Shown piece by piece: positions 1-9,096 of a stretch of 18,646 bases of DNA. Position 1 is the first letter of the stretch. Each line of letters begins with the position of its first letter. The translations under genes and the position numbers were made by a program. Where the stretch lies: assembly GCA_018985225.1 (NCBI GenBank), contig JADGIF010000125.1:1-18646 (forward strand), written 5' to 3'. This DNA is from Amoeboradix gromovi X-113 (lineage: Eukaryota; Fungi; Sanchytriomycota). A model generated the notes under the pieces. It was not told the DNA's origin. It saw nothing but the letters and a program-made list of their open reading frames with translations, and did not search any database.

Positions 1-42
1 ATACAGAATATTTATTTTTGAAATTTCGATACAAATTGTCTA

Positions 43-68
43 GTCTAGTTTTTACAGAGCATGTCCCA
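43..68. repeat. 26-bp copy of one arm of the MITE-like inverted-repeat element at 18496-18580
   Basis: GTCTAGTTTTTACAGAGCATGTCCCA (43-68) equals the reverse complement of 18496-18521 with one mismatch. Confidence 0.7.
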
Positions 69-156
69 GTTGTTTTGGATGAAACGCAGTTCCACTCTGT
101 TATGAGTGACCAAATAATTTTGTGCATAGCAATTGTTACTAATACTATTTACTATT

Positions 157-3100
157 TCATTTTAGCGCTTGCCTTACTTTGAAAGTTAGTTTTATGTTCA
201 TGCTAGCCAGCTCACTTGTAAAATATTTTAATACAAATGGCATACTTATCATGACTAAATTTTCATCATCGTTACATGTCATGCACTTCATTTTACCATC
301 ATTTACATAAATATTCAAGAATGTGCCACATGCTGTACAATAATGACTTTCGCAATAATCACTACAGTTTAATAATCTATCCTGTAACATAAAACTTGTA
401 CCGTGTGCCAGTAAACTATCTCTCTCCATCTCTCCAAATCGGATTCCTCCACTTCTCTTTCTTCCTTTTATAGGTTGTTTTGTTAGTCGATCTACTGGTC
501 CGTGCGTCCTAACCTGATATTTATCACTTACCATGTGCCTCAATCTTTGATAATAAACCACCCCAATGTATATGTCTGCGTCTAGTAATTCACCTGTTAT
601 ACCGCTGTACATTTGCTCATTTCCATAATAGTTATATCCATGTTTCCTTAACTCATGCCCAAATTTATCTACTACAGGAATTCCACCATCTCCAAGTTCT
701 TCATATTGCTGAAATGGCGTGGCATCAACGAATTTACCGTTTAAAGCTCCAGCTTTGCCTGCCATACTTTCAACAAACATTCCTATGGTCATTCTACTAG
801 GAAATGCGTTGGGGTTAATAATTATATCCGGCTGTATGCCTGATTCTGTAAACGGTAGATCTACTGTTGGATATAACAATGAATTAACTCCTTTCTGTCC
901 ATGTCTACTCGACCACTTATCTCCTGTGATCGTGGGTCTATTTATTCTGTATGTGATGTTTACGGCATAATCACTTGTTAGTCGAACAGTGTCTATTATA
1001 GCATCTTCCATTCCCTTGTACTTTATGGTAAACTGTTCTTTGGTTACTGTGTTTATGTATCCCACAAATGGAGAGTTGAAGGTTATAGTTGCGTTTATAA
1101 ACGGCAATCCATCTCTATCTATAATACCAGCACCAGCTATGGTTTTATCTATACCAGACTTCTTATCAGTTGGTGTGGTAAACCCAAAGCAGTAATTTAC
1201 GGATTCGCTCTTAAACATATCATGTAGATCAATAAACTCACTCTTGTAGATTGTGCTATTACCTATGCCTCTCTCGTGACTTTGTTTATTTATTATCATG
1301 GCATCTTCCATATCATAAGAAGTGTAGCTAATAACTGCTACAACAGCGTTGGTACCATTCGGGTAGTCATCTAGCTGATAGCTGTCATAGAGAGACGGTC
1401 TTACTATTGGAGATTGACCACAGTTTAGTAAATATGATTTGTTATCAGTCCTGTTGGCTTTGTTCAGTGCAAAAGTGCCCATAGTCTGCTTACCCATTTG
1501 ACATTGATACATATTACGAGGCGACTGGTTATAATCACTGTAAGGTGTCATGTTAGCTATTATACTAAGCATTGAGGTAGGACTGCATTCAACGTGAGTT
1601 GGCTTGGTAGTAAGTTTGTTGTTGCTGAGGTATAATTCAATGTCCGTGTTTGGAACGCACAATATATCCAAGTACACCTGTTCAAACGATCCTATCCATT
1701 GAATTGAGTCATTTGAACTACTAGCATAGAGATATTCTACCGGTCTCACAAACCTTGCCATTCCTGTGAACAGATACAGTCCTGGAAACTGTCCATTCAC
1801 GGTAAATGGAATATACCCTATCTCACAATAGTTGTTAAGTTTGGTTCTTAGATAGATTGATAACCTATGGAGCTCGTTGTCCGAGCAATATCCAAGGATT
1901 TGCCCTTCCAAGCATACCGGATGCAAGTCAGTGTTGATGGTGGGACTAGGATTAAATAGACTAACCGCGTTTTTAATCTCATTAATTCTGCCAGCTGAAG
2001 TGTCATAATTAACTATCTTGCAATTGTGGGTTAAATGAGTTAATAAACCACAAGGTGCGCCATCAGGAGTGTGCACACAACAGATGAAACCAAAAGATTC
2101 AGGTTTTAACTTCCGCATGCTAGTCGATTTACTGTCCATGAACACTTGGCCACGATGAATACACTTGAAATGAGCTAGATATCGATAAAAATTAAGCTTC
2201 TCAGCCATTATTGTATACCCTGACATCGCTAACAAATCTAGTCCACTTTTGCTGATCAGATTCCCTGTTGCAAGAAAGTATTCCAGCTTATTGCCCACGT
2301 TCACAATGGGCTTACTCAGTATCTTGTTGAACAAGGAGATGGTGAACGGCACCTCGTTTTTAATTTGTTTGAGTAAGATCAACCTAATTGATGACAAAAC
2401 ACCTTCTAATTGCTCTTTTATAATTGCATTATATAGGTGGCCACCAAGTAACACTTCATGATTACTTGTGGCATCCATATCGTCGCATGTAATTAAGCCA
2501 TTAGAAAGAGCGTAGCACTTGCGTATCATCAAAATGAGCATGTTGTATTTGTCTGTTTTATCATACAAGTGAACCAGCACACATTTCTGAATCATAGTTA
2601 AACCAGCATCTACATCAGAAACGTTAAATGAAATATTCATTACGGTTCTGAACCTTTCACCTAGTAGAGACAAATAATCGTTGTAATGAATAGCAGGGTA
2701 CTGGTTCAAATCTCTTAGTAGCTGTTCAATGTTATCATTACTATTGGAGCCGGTGCTGATATCCTTAAATATTTGCAAATCTGATTTACCAGTTAGGGCT
2801 TTCAATAGCAATGCAACAGGAACTAAATACTCAGCTTTGTTATAATGAAACCTAAAGACACAGCTTCCGTTGGTTAAATAATGGAGGTAGTTAGTCAACG
2901 AGGTTTGATCGGCTCTAACTGATCTTATCATGACGGCTAATTCACTATACAAAGGGCCCCGCTTCTTAAATGAAGATCTATTTAGTGCAAATGGATGATT
3001 ACGTCTAGTGGCGATTAATAAACGGATCAATTTTTCATTTCCATTCACAATGAAAGTGCCTCCCATTTCATTGGGATCTTCGTGGTGGCGGACAAGATTT

Positions 3101-3600
3101 TGGGGATCCATATCACTCAAGTGGCACAATGAGCTGCGGGTCATGATAGGTACCTGTCCAAGGTCCAAAATGATAGGATTTAGTTGTTCACCATTGAAGG
3201 AAGACTGCAGAGTTATTTTGAAGGTGCCTTTGTATGTAGTATGGCGAGTACGACACTCGTTAGGAAATATCCGTTTATCAGAGGCTTTAATTAACTTTAA
3301 TGGAACACGACAAGAGTCCCATTGATACGAAGATATAAAATATTCAAAAATGTTACCATTTGGATCTTGAACAGCACACTTTCCAAGGTCAGCAATAGCA
3401 CGATTTAGAAGAGAGTCCTTGACTAATACATTGTCTTGCGGAAGCTTGTAATGTGGAACGGAACTATTCAAATCCAAGTCGAATGGAACTTGAAGGAGAG
3501 CGTTAAACGATTCGATATGAGGTGCCGTGATGTGCTGCAAATTAGTGTTACTAATGAACTCATGCGCCTCTTTTTTGAATTGTATTGGATCAAAGGGCAT
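157..3600 (-). CDS. RPA135: DNA-directed RNA polymerase I second-largest subunit (A135/RPA2), intronless, 1147 aa
   Basis: Beta-like RNAP motifs GDKWSSRHGQKG, YDMEDAMI and GGIRFGEMERD. Pol I-type signatures HIESFN, HTPDGAPCGLL, NQSPRNMYQCQM, FPSRMTIGM and RLRHMVSDKYQVR. C-terminal CxxC...CxxC zinc site. Confidence 0.97.
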   Translation of the reverse strand: MPFDPIQFKKEAHEFISNTNLQHITAPHIESFNALLQVPFDLDLNSSVPHYKLPQDNVLVKDSLLNRAIADLGKCAVQDPNGNIFEYFISSYQWDSCRVPLKLIKASDKRIFPNECRTRHTTYKGTFKITLQSSFNGEQLNPIILDLGQVPIMTRSSLCHLSDMDPQNLVRHHEDPNEMGGTFIVNGNEKLIRLLIATRRNHPFALNRSSFKKRGPLYSELAVMIRSVRADQTSLTNYLHYLTNGSCVFRFHYNKAEYLVPVALLLKALTGKSDLQIFKDISTGSNSNDNIEQLLRDLNQYPAIHYNDYLSLLGERFRTVMNISFNVSDVDAGLTMIQKCVLVHLYDKTDKYNMLILMIRKCYALSNGLITCDDMDATSNHEVLLGGHLYNAIIKEQLEGVLSSIRLILLKQIKNEVPFTISLFNKILSKPIVNVGNKLEYFLATGNLISKSGLDLLAMSGYTIMAEKLNFYRYLAHFKCIHRGQVFMDSKSTSMRKLKPESFGFICCVHTPDGAPCGLLTHLTHNCKIVNYDTSAGRINEIKNAVSLFNPSPTINTDLHPVCLEGQILGYCSDNELHRLSIYLRTKLNNYCEIGYIPFTVNGQFPGLYLFTGMARFVRPVEYLYASSSNDSIQWIGSFEQVYLDILCVPNTDIELYLSNNKLTTKPTHVECSPTSMLSIIANMTPYSDYNQSPRNMYQCQMGKQTMGTFALNKANRTDNKSYLLNCGQSPIVRPSLYDSYQLDDYPNGTNAVVAVISYTSYDMEDAMIINKQSHERGIGNSTIYKSEFIDLHDMFKSESVNYCFGFTTPTDKKSGIDKTIAGAGIIDRDGLPFINATITFNSPFVGYINTVTKEQFTIKYKGMEDAIIDTVRLTSDYAVNITYRINRPTITGDKWSSRHGQKGVNSLLYPTVDLPFTESGIQPDIIINPNAFPSRMTIGMFVESMAGKAGALNGKFVDATPFQQYEELGDGGIPVVDKFGHELRKHGYNYYGNEQMYSGITGELLDADIYIGVVYYQRLRHMVSDKYQVRTHGPVDRLTKQPIKGRKRSGGIRFGEMERDSLLAHGTSFMLQDRLLNCSDYCESHYCTACGTFLNIYVNDGKMKCMTCNDDENLVMISMPFVLKYFTSELASMNIKLTFKVRQALK

Positions 3601-3753
3601 TGTATTGTCAAGAGGAGATGCTCCTCAATTAAATGAGACTGAACGCAAAAATGGCCGCCTGGAGGTACTTCCTGTGGTTGTTTTATGTAGTAATTGAAAC
3701 ATGTTTATTGAGTCATAAATGCTCTGATGATATTGCTATCTTTTCAGTTACTC

Positions 3754-3958
3754 TGGGAAGTTGGAAAGCGAAAGAGACTTAGCAGATGCGAAACATGCTC
3801 CAGAGTGGTGGATCGCGATGTAAACGCAAGCTTGAATATACGAGATATGTTTTAATAAAAAGAGTGAATATAAAAAGCCTAGCTGGCAAATTCGTCCTTT
3901 ATTGGATGATGCCAATATTAAAGGAGCGAGAGGTCTCAACGGACACCTTAAGCAATGA
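3754..3958 (+). mobile_element. Fanzor1-type element 3'-end fragment (Zn finger, RuvC-III and putative omega-RNA/right end), copy 1
   Basis: Translates GKRKRLSRCETCSRVVDRDVNASLNIRD, a TnpB/Fanzor CxxC plus DRD-NA-NI motif. Aligns by eye with 15848-16031 and 5229-5376; homology ends at CTTAAGCAATG. Confidence 0.85.
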
Positions 3959-4012
3959 TCATTTTACACAGGAGATTGAAGCTATCTCACATAAAATACA
4001 AATGTTTTAACT

Positions 4013-5098
4013 TCATTTATTTTTATCCATGACATGATCAATGGTAATAATAGCATTTTTAATTATCGTTATTTGGCTTTGTACAATCTTGTTATTGCTC
4101 TTGATCGCATTTTCTAACTTGCTCTCTTGGAGCATCTGCTTTAGCAATTGGATTGAATCTGAATCCTCTGAATTATCATCTTTAGGTTTCTCCAAAAGGC
4201 AATGTGAATTTTTTGGTTTGTTTGACATACACCTGCTATAAAGCTTTTTTAAAGCCTGAGTAACTTTCGTATCAAAATTATTCATAGACTTATCATATAT
4301 TGCAAACTTGATTGCTTTCTTTTCCTTTTCGGATAATTCAGTGCCAGTTAAGATTCTTGTACCAATATATCCCCATGCAAGCCATCGCAGCTTGTTATTC
4401 TTAAGCGCCGGGATAAGATTGTTTTTGTTAAAGAACGGGGGCCTCTGAGAACCAGTTGAATTGGCTCTATTTTTCTCTTTTTGAATCTTTTCTGGTAGAC
4501 TTGCCATAGTTTTTTCAGTAACCTCTGCCAGTTTTTCATGTAAATTTTCTTTCTCAAACAGTGTGTGGAGGTAGAGCGCATCCTTTAATGCCATCTGAAA
4601 ATGCGACTCCTTTAAGGGTCTCTCAACTATGTCACTGTAATCTTTTTTAGCAAAACTAATTCTAGATTCATGCTTTTCAAGAAGCCATTCATATATATCC
4701 CAAGGTAAGTAGCAACCTTTCGTTTCTATCAAGTGTTGCAAGGATTTTGATTTACAAGCAATTTTCATACAAAACAAATTTGTTACTTCAATTCCTAATT
4801 CCCTAATTCCCAAATAATCATTCTTTGGATCATAAAATACAAAAGTATGTTTGCGATTTTCAAATAGGACTTTGAGAACTTCAGTTAATCGTGAACTGCA
4901 CTTTTTTTTTAAGACCAACACATCAATAAAGTAACCGGTTTTTGATTCTGGATCGTAAATTTGAACAGATGTCAATGAGTCTGGTTTACGACCCAAGCTG
5001 TCACCTTCACAGTCACAAAACAAAATTTTGCCGAAATTTTCTAATTCTTTCGCAACGCTGTTAAGAACATTTTCGGTGTCAACGAGAAGTGACTTCAT
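4013..5098 (-). CDS. DnaQ-like 3'-5' exonuclease domain protein (EXD1/Egalitarian/RNase D-like), 361 aa
   Basis: ExoI FCDCEG, then SVQI and YFIDVL; ExoII YDPKND; ERPL...ExoIII MALKDALYL, where canonical YAAxD has Met in place of Tyr. C-terminal half unrecognised. Confidence 0.75.
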   Translation of the reverse strand: MKSLLVDTENVLNSVAKELENFGKILFCDCEGDSLGRKPDSLTSVQIYDPESKTGYFIDVLVLKKKCSSRLTEVLKVLFENRKHTFVFYDPKNDYLGIRELGIEVTNLFCMKIACKSKSLQHLIETKGCYLPWDIYEWLLEKHESRISFAKKDYSDIVERPLKESHFQMALKDALYLHTLFEKENLHEKLAEVTEKTMASLPEKIQKEKNRANSTGSQRPPFFNKNNLIPALKNNKLRWLAWGYIGTRILTGTELSEKEKKAIKFAIYDKSMNNFDTKVTQALKKLYSRCMSNKPKNSHCLLEKPKDDNSEDSDSIQLLKQMLQESKLENAIKSNNKIVQSQITIIKNAIITIDHVMDKNK

Positions 5099-5228
5099 GC
5101 AGAGAATTTGGTTGTTATTGGGGCTTCTCCTTTGTTATTAAAATTTCCTTGAGAGTGGGCAAAATACTGTACTACGTTATTTTAATAAATACAATTTATT
5201 TTGTACCCAAGCTTCCAGTATTTCATCA

Positions 5229-5376
5229 ATCGCGATGTAAACGCAATTTCAAAAATACGAGATGTATTTATTAGTTACACAAGTGAATACAAAAACCTAG
5301 CTGGCAACTTTGTCCTTCATTAGATGATACTGATATTAAAAGAGCGAGAGGTCTCAGTGGAGAACTTAAGCAATGA
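5229..5376 (+). mobile_element. Fanzor1-type element 3'-end fragment (RuvC-III and putative omega-RNA/right end), copy 2
   Basis: ATCGCGATGTAAACGCA...GAGCGAGAGGTCTC...CTTAAGCAATGA matches 3812-3958 and 15912-16031. Translates RDVNAISKIRDVFISY. Confidence 0.82.
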
Positions 5377-5440
5377 CTTTTTAGATTATAGTGTTAGTCA
5401 TGCTAAATTTTAATTTGCCCAGTATGCTTGAATCGTGATG

Positions 5441-5505
5441 ATTGGGATAAACAGCGGCCAATCATAGTTTCTGACCAATCAGGAGATAAATTAAACTACT
5501 TAAAA
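5441..5505 (+). promoter_or_regulatory. CCAAT boxes upstream of the first secreted paralog
   Basis: ATTGG 5441, CCAAT 5458 and CCAAT 5475. Similar boxes precede the other two paralogs (ATTGG 6672; ATTGG 7335, CCAAT 7366). Confidence 0.4.
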
Positions 5506-5526
5506 GCTGCATGAGGGCGTAATGAC

Positions 5527-6030
5527 ATGTTTTCTGTGTTGTTACTAACCACATTGTTCGGATTTGACTTGGCTATTGCTCAGAACTGGGGAGCGGATTT
5601 AACTGCTGGCAGCACTGTAACATTTAGTCTGTATGATCCTAATGGAGGTACTGTTCCACCATCAACGGAGATATATGATGTTACATTACTTGATGGCTCT
5701 GGGGACATGAATAATGCCAAAACTGTTGCTACATTACAATCAGGATTAACACAAACATCTGGTATAAGCGTTAATCTACCTGGCAATCTAGCAAGTGGAA
5801 AATATTTTTTTGGAATTATTGCTCAAAGCGGAAGCAAGTACAGCGGTGCTTTCAACGTCAATGGGGTATCATCGTCGCCAAGCCCAAACAATACGTCAGA
5901 ACCAAATTCATCAGAAAACTCAACAGACTCGACAAACTCAACTTCTGAAAACACCAAAAATGCAAATTCTTCATCCGCTTCGACTTTGATGCAGTTTGCG
6001 ATCTTGACTTTAGCAGTAAATTCTTTTTAA
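5527..6030 (+). CDS. Secreted Ser/Thr-rich, probably GPI-anchored surface protein (Kre9/Knh1-like N-terminal beta domain), paralog 1
   Basis: Hydrophobic signal peptide, beta-rich domain ending SKYSGAFNV, S/T/N-rich linker and short hydrophobic C-terminus. Clearly paralogous to the genes at 6746 and 7412. Confidence 0.8.
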   Translation: MFSVLLLTTLFGFDLAIAQNWGADLTAGSTVTFSLYDPNGGTVPPSTEIYDVTLLDGSGDMNNAKTVATLQSGLTQTSGISVNLPGNLASGKYFFGIIAQSGSKYSGAFNVNGVSSSPSPNNTSEPNSSENSTDSTNSTSENTKNANSSSASTLMQFAILTLAVNSF

Positions 6031-6745
6031 CCAATTGCACTATCTCGTAAAGACCGTCTCTAATTTTTAGCTTCTCTACCGCTCCCTATAATTTAATAAT
6101 TCACATTTCTCAAATAGAAGCTTTGCTACAGTTGAAAACGACATAGTTTTAGTTAATTCTTTTCTGCCGACTTCGATATTTATCAGCAGACACTACGTCA
6201 TAGAAATTTATTTCATTGTGCTTGTAAGCTTTTGGATTTGGAAAGTCACCTATGTTAAATGCGAAGATCGGAAATAATCAGAGAACATATTTCTTCAGTA
6301 TAGACAACCTGAGCTGAATATCAAAACGTTTGTCAGTTTAGATGTTGCAGGAAGTGATCAAGTACTAATCAGTCAAGCTATTTTGAAAGAGATACCGCCA
6401 ATGCATTTTTCATGTTGAAGAAGGCTTAACGTCATATTATGGGACCGACACATCTTTCCAGGAAGTCCTCAGACTTGCGTTGGGACATTTTCAGAAATTG
6501 GTTCCCATATGGTTTGACTCCACAATTTTTCCGATATTCGAAATTAGTTCTATAACAAGTGTTGTGCATAATACAACACAAAAAACTAGAAGATTACTTA
6601 AATAACTGTTTGTTACTGAAATCATTCGAGCTGATGTCACGTTGATTCATTTTATAATCACAGCACAGTTGATTGGATGTTAGGTTAATTGTCAAATCAA
6701 ATACATCATAACAAGAATAAAGTCGATAAAAATTTAAAAAATGTG

Positions 6746-7216
6746 ATGCTCTCTCAGTTATTTTTATCCACGATACTTGCATTTGATCTCGCAATTGGTC
6801 AATTCGGCGACGATCTGTCTCCCGGTAACGAAATAAAATTTGACTTATACTACCCAGCCGGTGGCAAAGTTCCTTCATCAACTGAGAAATATGACGTGAA
6901 CTTGCTAGACGGTAGATTCAACACGACTAACGCTGAAGTAGTCACAAAACTGGCTGAAGATTTAACACAGACTAAGGGAATAAGTTTGAAACTACCATCA
7001 AATTTAGAAAGCGGACCAAAGTATTTTCTACAGATAGTGGCAAAAAGTGGAGAAAGCTATAGTGCTCCATTCTCGGTTATCTCAGATGATCCTTCAACTG
7101 GAGGTTCACCGGCATCGGAACCAACGGAGACCAGCACAGAAGACGCTGACATTACCGGGTCGGCAAGCAAAATTGCCGCTGCAGCAATTATCTTGACAGC
7201 CATGAATATCTTTTGA
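6746..7216 (+). CDS. Secreted Ser/Thr-rich, probably GPI-anchored surface protein, paralog 2
   Basis: ATG at 6746 (MLSQLFLSTILAFDLAI) aligns with the paralog N-termini. Shares VPSSTExYDVxLLDG, LTQTxGIS and YSxxF. Confidence 0.8.
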   Translation: MLSQLFLSTILAFDLAIGQFGDDLSPGNEIKFDLYYPAGGKVPSSTEKYDVNLLDGRFNTTNAEVVTKLAEDLTQTKGISLKLPSNLESGPKYFLQIVAKSGESYSAPFSVISDDPSTGGSPASEPTETSTEDADITGSASKIAAAAIILTAMNIF

Positions 7217-7334
7217 GATTAATAAATCTTTGCGATTTCAACTTGTTGTTTACGTATTCCATAGTCAGCTCGAAAGGTAATAATAATTTGATTGTGACGA
7301 TCATTGTGATGCATTTCAGCGTGAACAGAAATTG

Positions 7335-7388
7335 ATTGGCTGGTGCTCAATTTGAGACTTTACAACCAATTAGTTATTTAATATATAA
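7335..7388 (+). promoter_or_regulatory. CCAAT boxes and TATA box upstream of paralog 3
   Basis: ATTGG 7335, CCAAT 7366 and TATATAA 7382-7388, 23 bp before the ATG at 7412. Confidence 0.45.
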
Positions 7389-7411
7389 GTAACACCGCTT
7401 TTGAAAGCTAA

Positions 7412-7855
7412 ATGTTGACCTTTTTTCTGTTTAAGACTTTATTTGCGTTTGAACTATCGATCGCTCAAAACTTTAAATCTAGCTTGGATGCAGGCAATTC
7501 AATTACATTCGATTTATACCGAACTGATGGTAAAAGCGTTCCGTCCACGACAGAGTTGTATGATGTGACGTTACTGGATGGATCCGGCAACATGAATAGC
7601 GCCAAGACTGTGGCAACACTGGCATCTGGATTGTCACAAACTACCGGGATAAGTGTCACTTTACCAAGTGATTTATCTAGCGGGCAATACTTCTTAGGAT
7701 TAATTGCAGAGAGTGGCAGCAAGTATAGCGGCGTGTTCAATGTAAACGGAAGTGACTCGACTTCAGATAATAAAAAGGGTGCCGATTCATTGGACTCATC
7801 AACATCTCAGCTGGAAAATTTTATAATTTTGTCTATCACAATAAATGTTGTTTAA
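7412..7855 (+). CDS. Secreted Ser/Thr-rich, probably GPI-anchored surface protein, paralog 3
   Basis: Near-identical core to paralog 1 (YDVTLLDGSGxMNxAKTVATL, SGSKYSG), with signal peptide and hydrophobic tail. Confidence 0.8.
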   Translation: MLTFFLFKTLFAFELSIAQNFKSSLDAGNSITFDLYRTDGKSVPSTTELYDVTLLDGSGNMNSAKTVATLASGLSQTTGISVTLPSDLSSGQYFLGLIAESGSKYSGVFNVNGSDSTSDNKKGADSLDSSTSQLENFIILSITINVV

Positions 7856-7877
7856 TTTCACAATCTGAGACTTTTTG

Positions 7878-8243
7878 ATGCTGCGGAGACTATTACACAA
7901 AGTAGTTTGGAAAACGCCTAACGGAATAATAACTACAATGGCAAAGGATAACGAAACATTGCTGGAACTAGCACATCGTAAAGATATTGAGTTAGAAGGT
8001 GCTTGCGAAGGATCTTTGGCATGTTCAACTTGCCATGTAATTGTAGAGCAGAAATATTTTGATAAGTTGCAAGAGGCTACAGACGAAGAGAACGATTTGC
8101 TTGATCTGGCATTTGGATTGACTGACACATCCAGACTTGGCTGCCAAATTAAGGTTACAAAGGAATTAGATGGATTAACAGTTAAAATACCTGATGCAAC
8201 TCGGAATATGGCCGTTGACGGTTATAAGCCTCCAAAACATTAA
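7878..8243 (+). CDS. YAH1: Mitochondrial [2Fe-2S] ferredoxin (adrenodoxin/Yah1 family)
   Basis: [37 protein letters not shown] and C-terminal [13 protein letters not shown]. First ATG at 7878. Confidence 0.95.
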   Translation: MLRRLLHKVVWKTPNGIITTMAKDNETLLELAHRKDIELEGACEGSLACSTCHVIVEQKYFDKLQEATDEENDLLDLAFGLTDTSRLGCQIKVTKELDGLTVKIPDATRNMAVDGYKPPKH

Positions 8244-8322
8244 TATGTTTAGTTTGATTAAATTTTTAAGATTGTTATCCTTTAACATTAAATGTTGTGC
8301 AAGTCAAATAGAACTTTTTTAT

Positions 8323-9096
8323 TTATTTACTTGCAACTTTTGCCTTTACTGGCTCCTTTCCAAGTAGCAAAATCTTTGCAATATCCACATAAAACTCTTT
8401 AAATAAAAATAAGAAAGAGCTATTGATCACTGTTTGGACACATTTCCACAATACTCCTTTATAAAAGCCATATAACCCCAAATCTTCGTATACCTTCTTC
8501 ATGTGCTCCTTAATACTTAAATTGTCCTTGTCTATTTGCTGTCTGCTTTTTATAACCAGGTATGGATAAGTAATGAACGTAGCAATAAGTTTAGTAATAG
8601 CGGCTACTAAAAACACCATTTTGTATGACTTGTCAGTCTTTTTAATCCATCTATCGTACAAGGTATACTGAATTACAGGATTGCTTACTAAAATCAAACT
8701 TGGAAGAACACCTTTAAACAAAGAGGGAATACCTTCAGAGCTAATCTCGTTAATACAGTCCATGAATGACATCTTCTTATTCGTTAAACGAGCATTGATC
8801 ACCCAAATTGGGTTAGTAGAAACTGCAGTGACTGCACCTGCAGCAGTACTTCTCAACAATGGAGATAAGCTCAACGCCTCATAAACATAATAAAAGACCG
8901 AGTTAGTGATCGAGATACCGAATAATGCGGACTCAATCCCAGAGTACAAGGAATGCTTGGCTTGAGAATTGGTTTGCAATCTAGTTGACAAAGAAATCAG
9001 AGGGTATGTGATTAAAGTGCTAGTTAATCCACCAAACGTACCAGCTAATGCATGAATTCTTGGATCATTAATCTCTGTTGGCGAGGTCGAAGTCAT
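8323..9096 (-). CDS. Mitochondrial-carrier-family protein, most like peroxisomal PMP47/PMP34 (SLC25A17)
   Basis: Three carrier repeats TYPLISLSTRLQ, TNPIWVINARL and TYPYLVIKSRQQ. HALAG, LYSGIESALFG and PSLILVSNPVIQY are PMP47-like. Likely ATG at 9096 (MTSTSPT). Confidence 0.85.
   Translation of the reverse strand: MTSTSPTEINDPRIHALAGTFGGLTSTLITYPLISLSTRLQTNSQAKHSLYSGIESALFGISITNSVFYYVYEALSLSPLLRSTAAGAVTAVSTNPIWVINARLTNKKMSFMDCINEISSEGIPSLFKGVLPSLILVSNPVIQYTLYDRWIKKTDKSYKMVFLVAAITKLIATFITYPYLVIKSRQQIDKDNLSIKEHMKKVYEDLGLYGFYKGVLWKCVQTVINSSFLFLFKEFYVDIAKILLLGKEPVKAKVASK

Noticed and set aside
719-3636. Short plus-strand ORFs within RPA135 (719, 989, 2249, 3008, 3436)
   Set aside because: Antisense shadows of a conserved CDS with no recognisable motifs.
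3786-4010. 74-aa ORF and the antisense 63-aa ORF at 3748
   Set aside because: Out-of-frame or antisense readings of the Fanzor1 fragment.
6400-6605. Open stretch FHVEEGLTSYYGTD... between paralogs 1 and 2
   Set aside because: No start context or recognisable family; possibly a decayed gene but unsupported.
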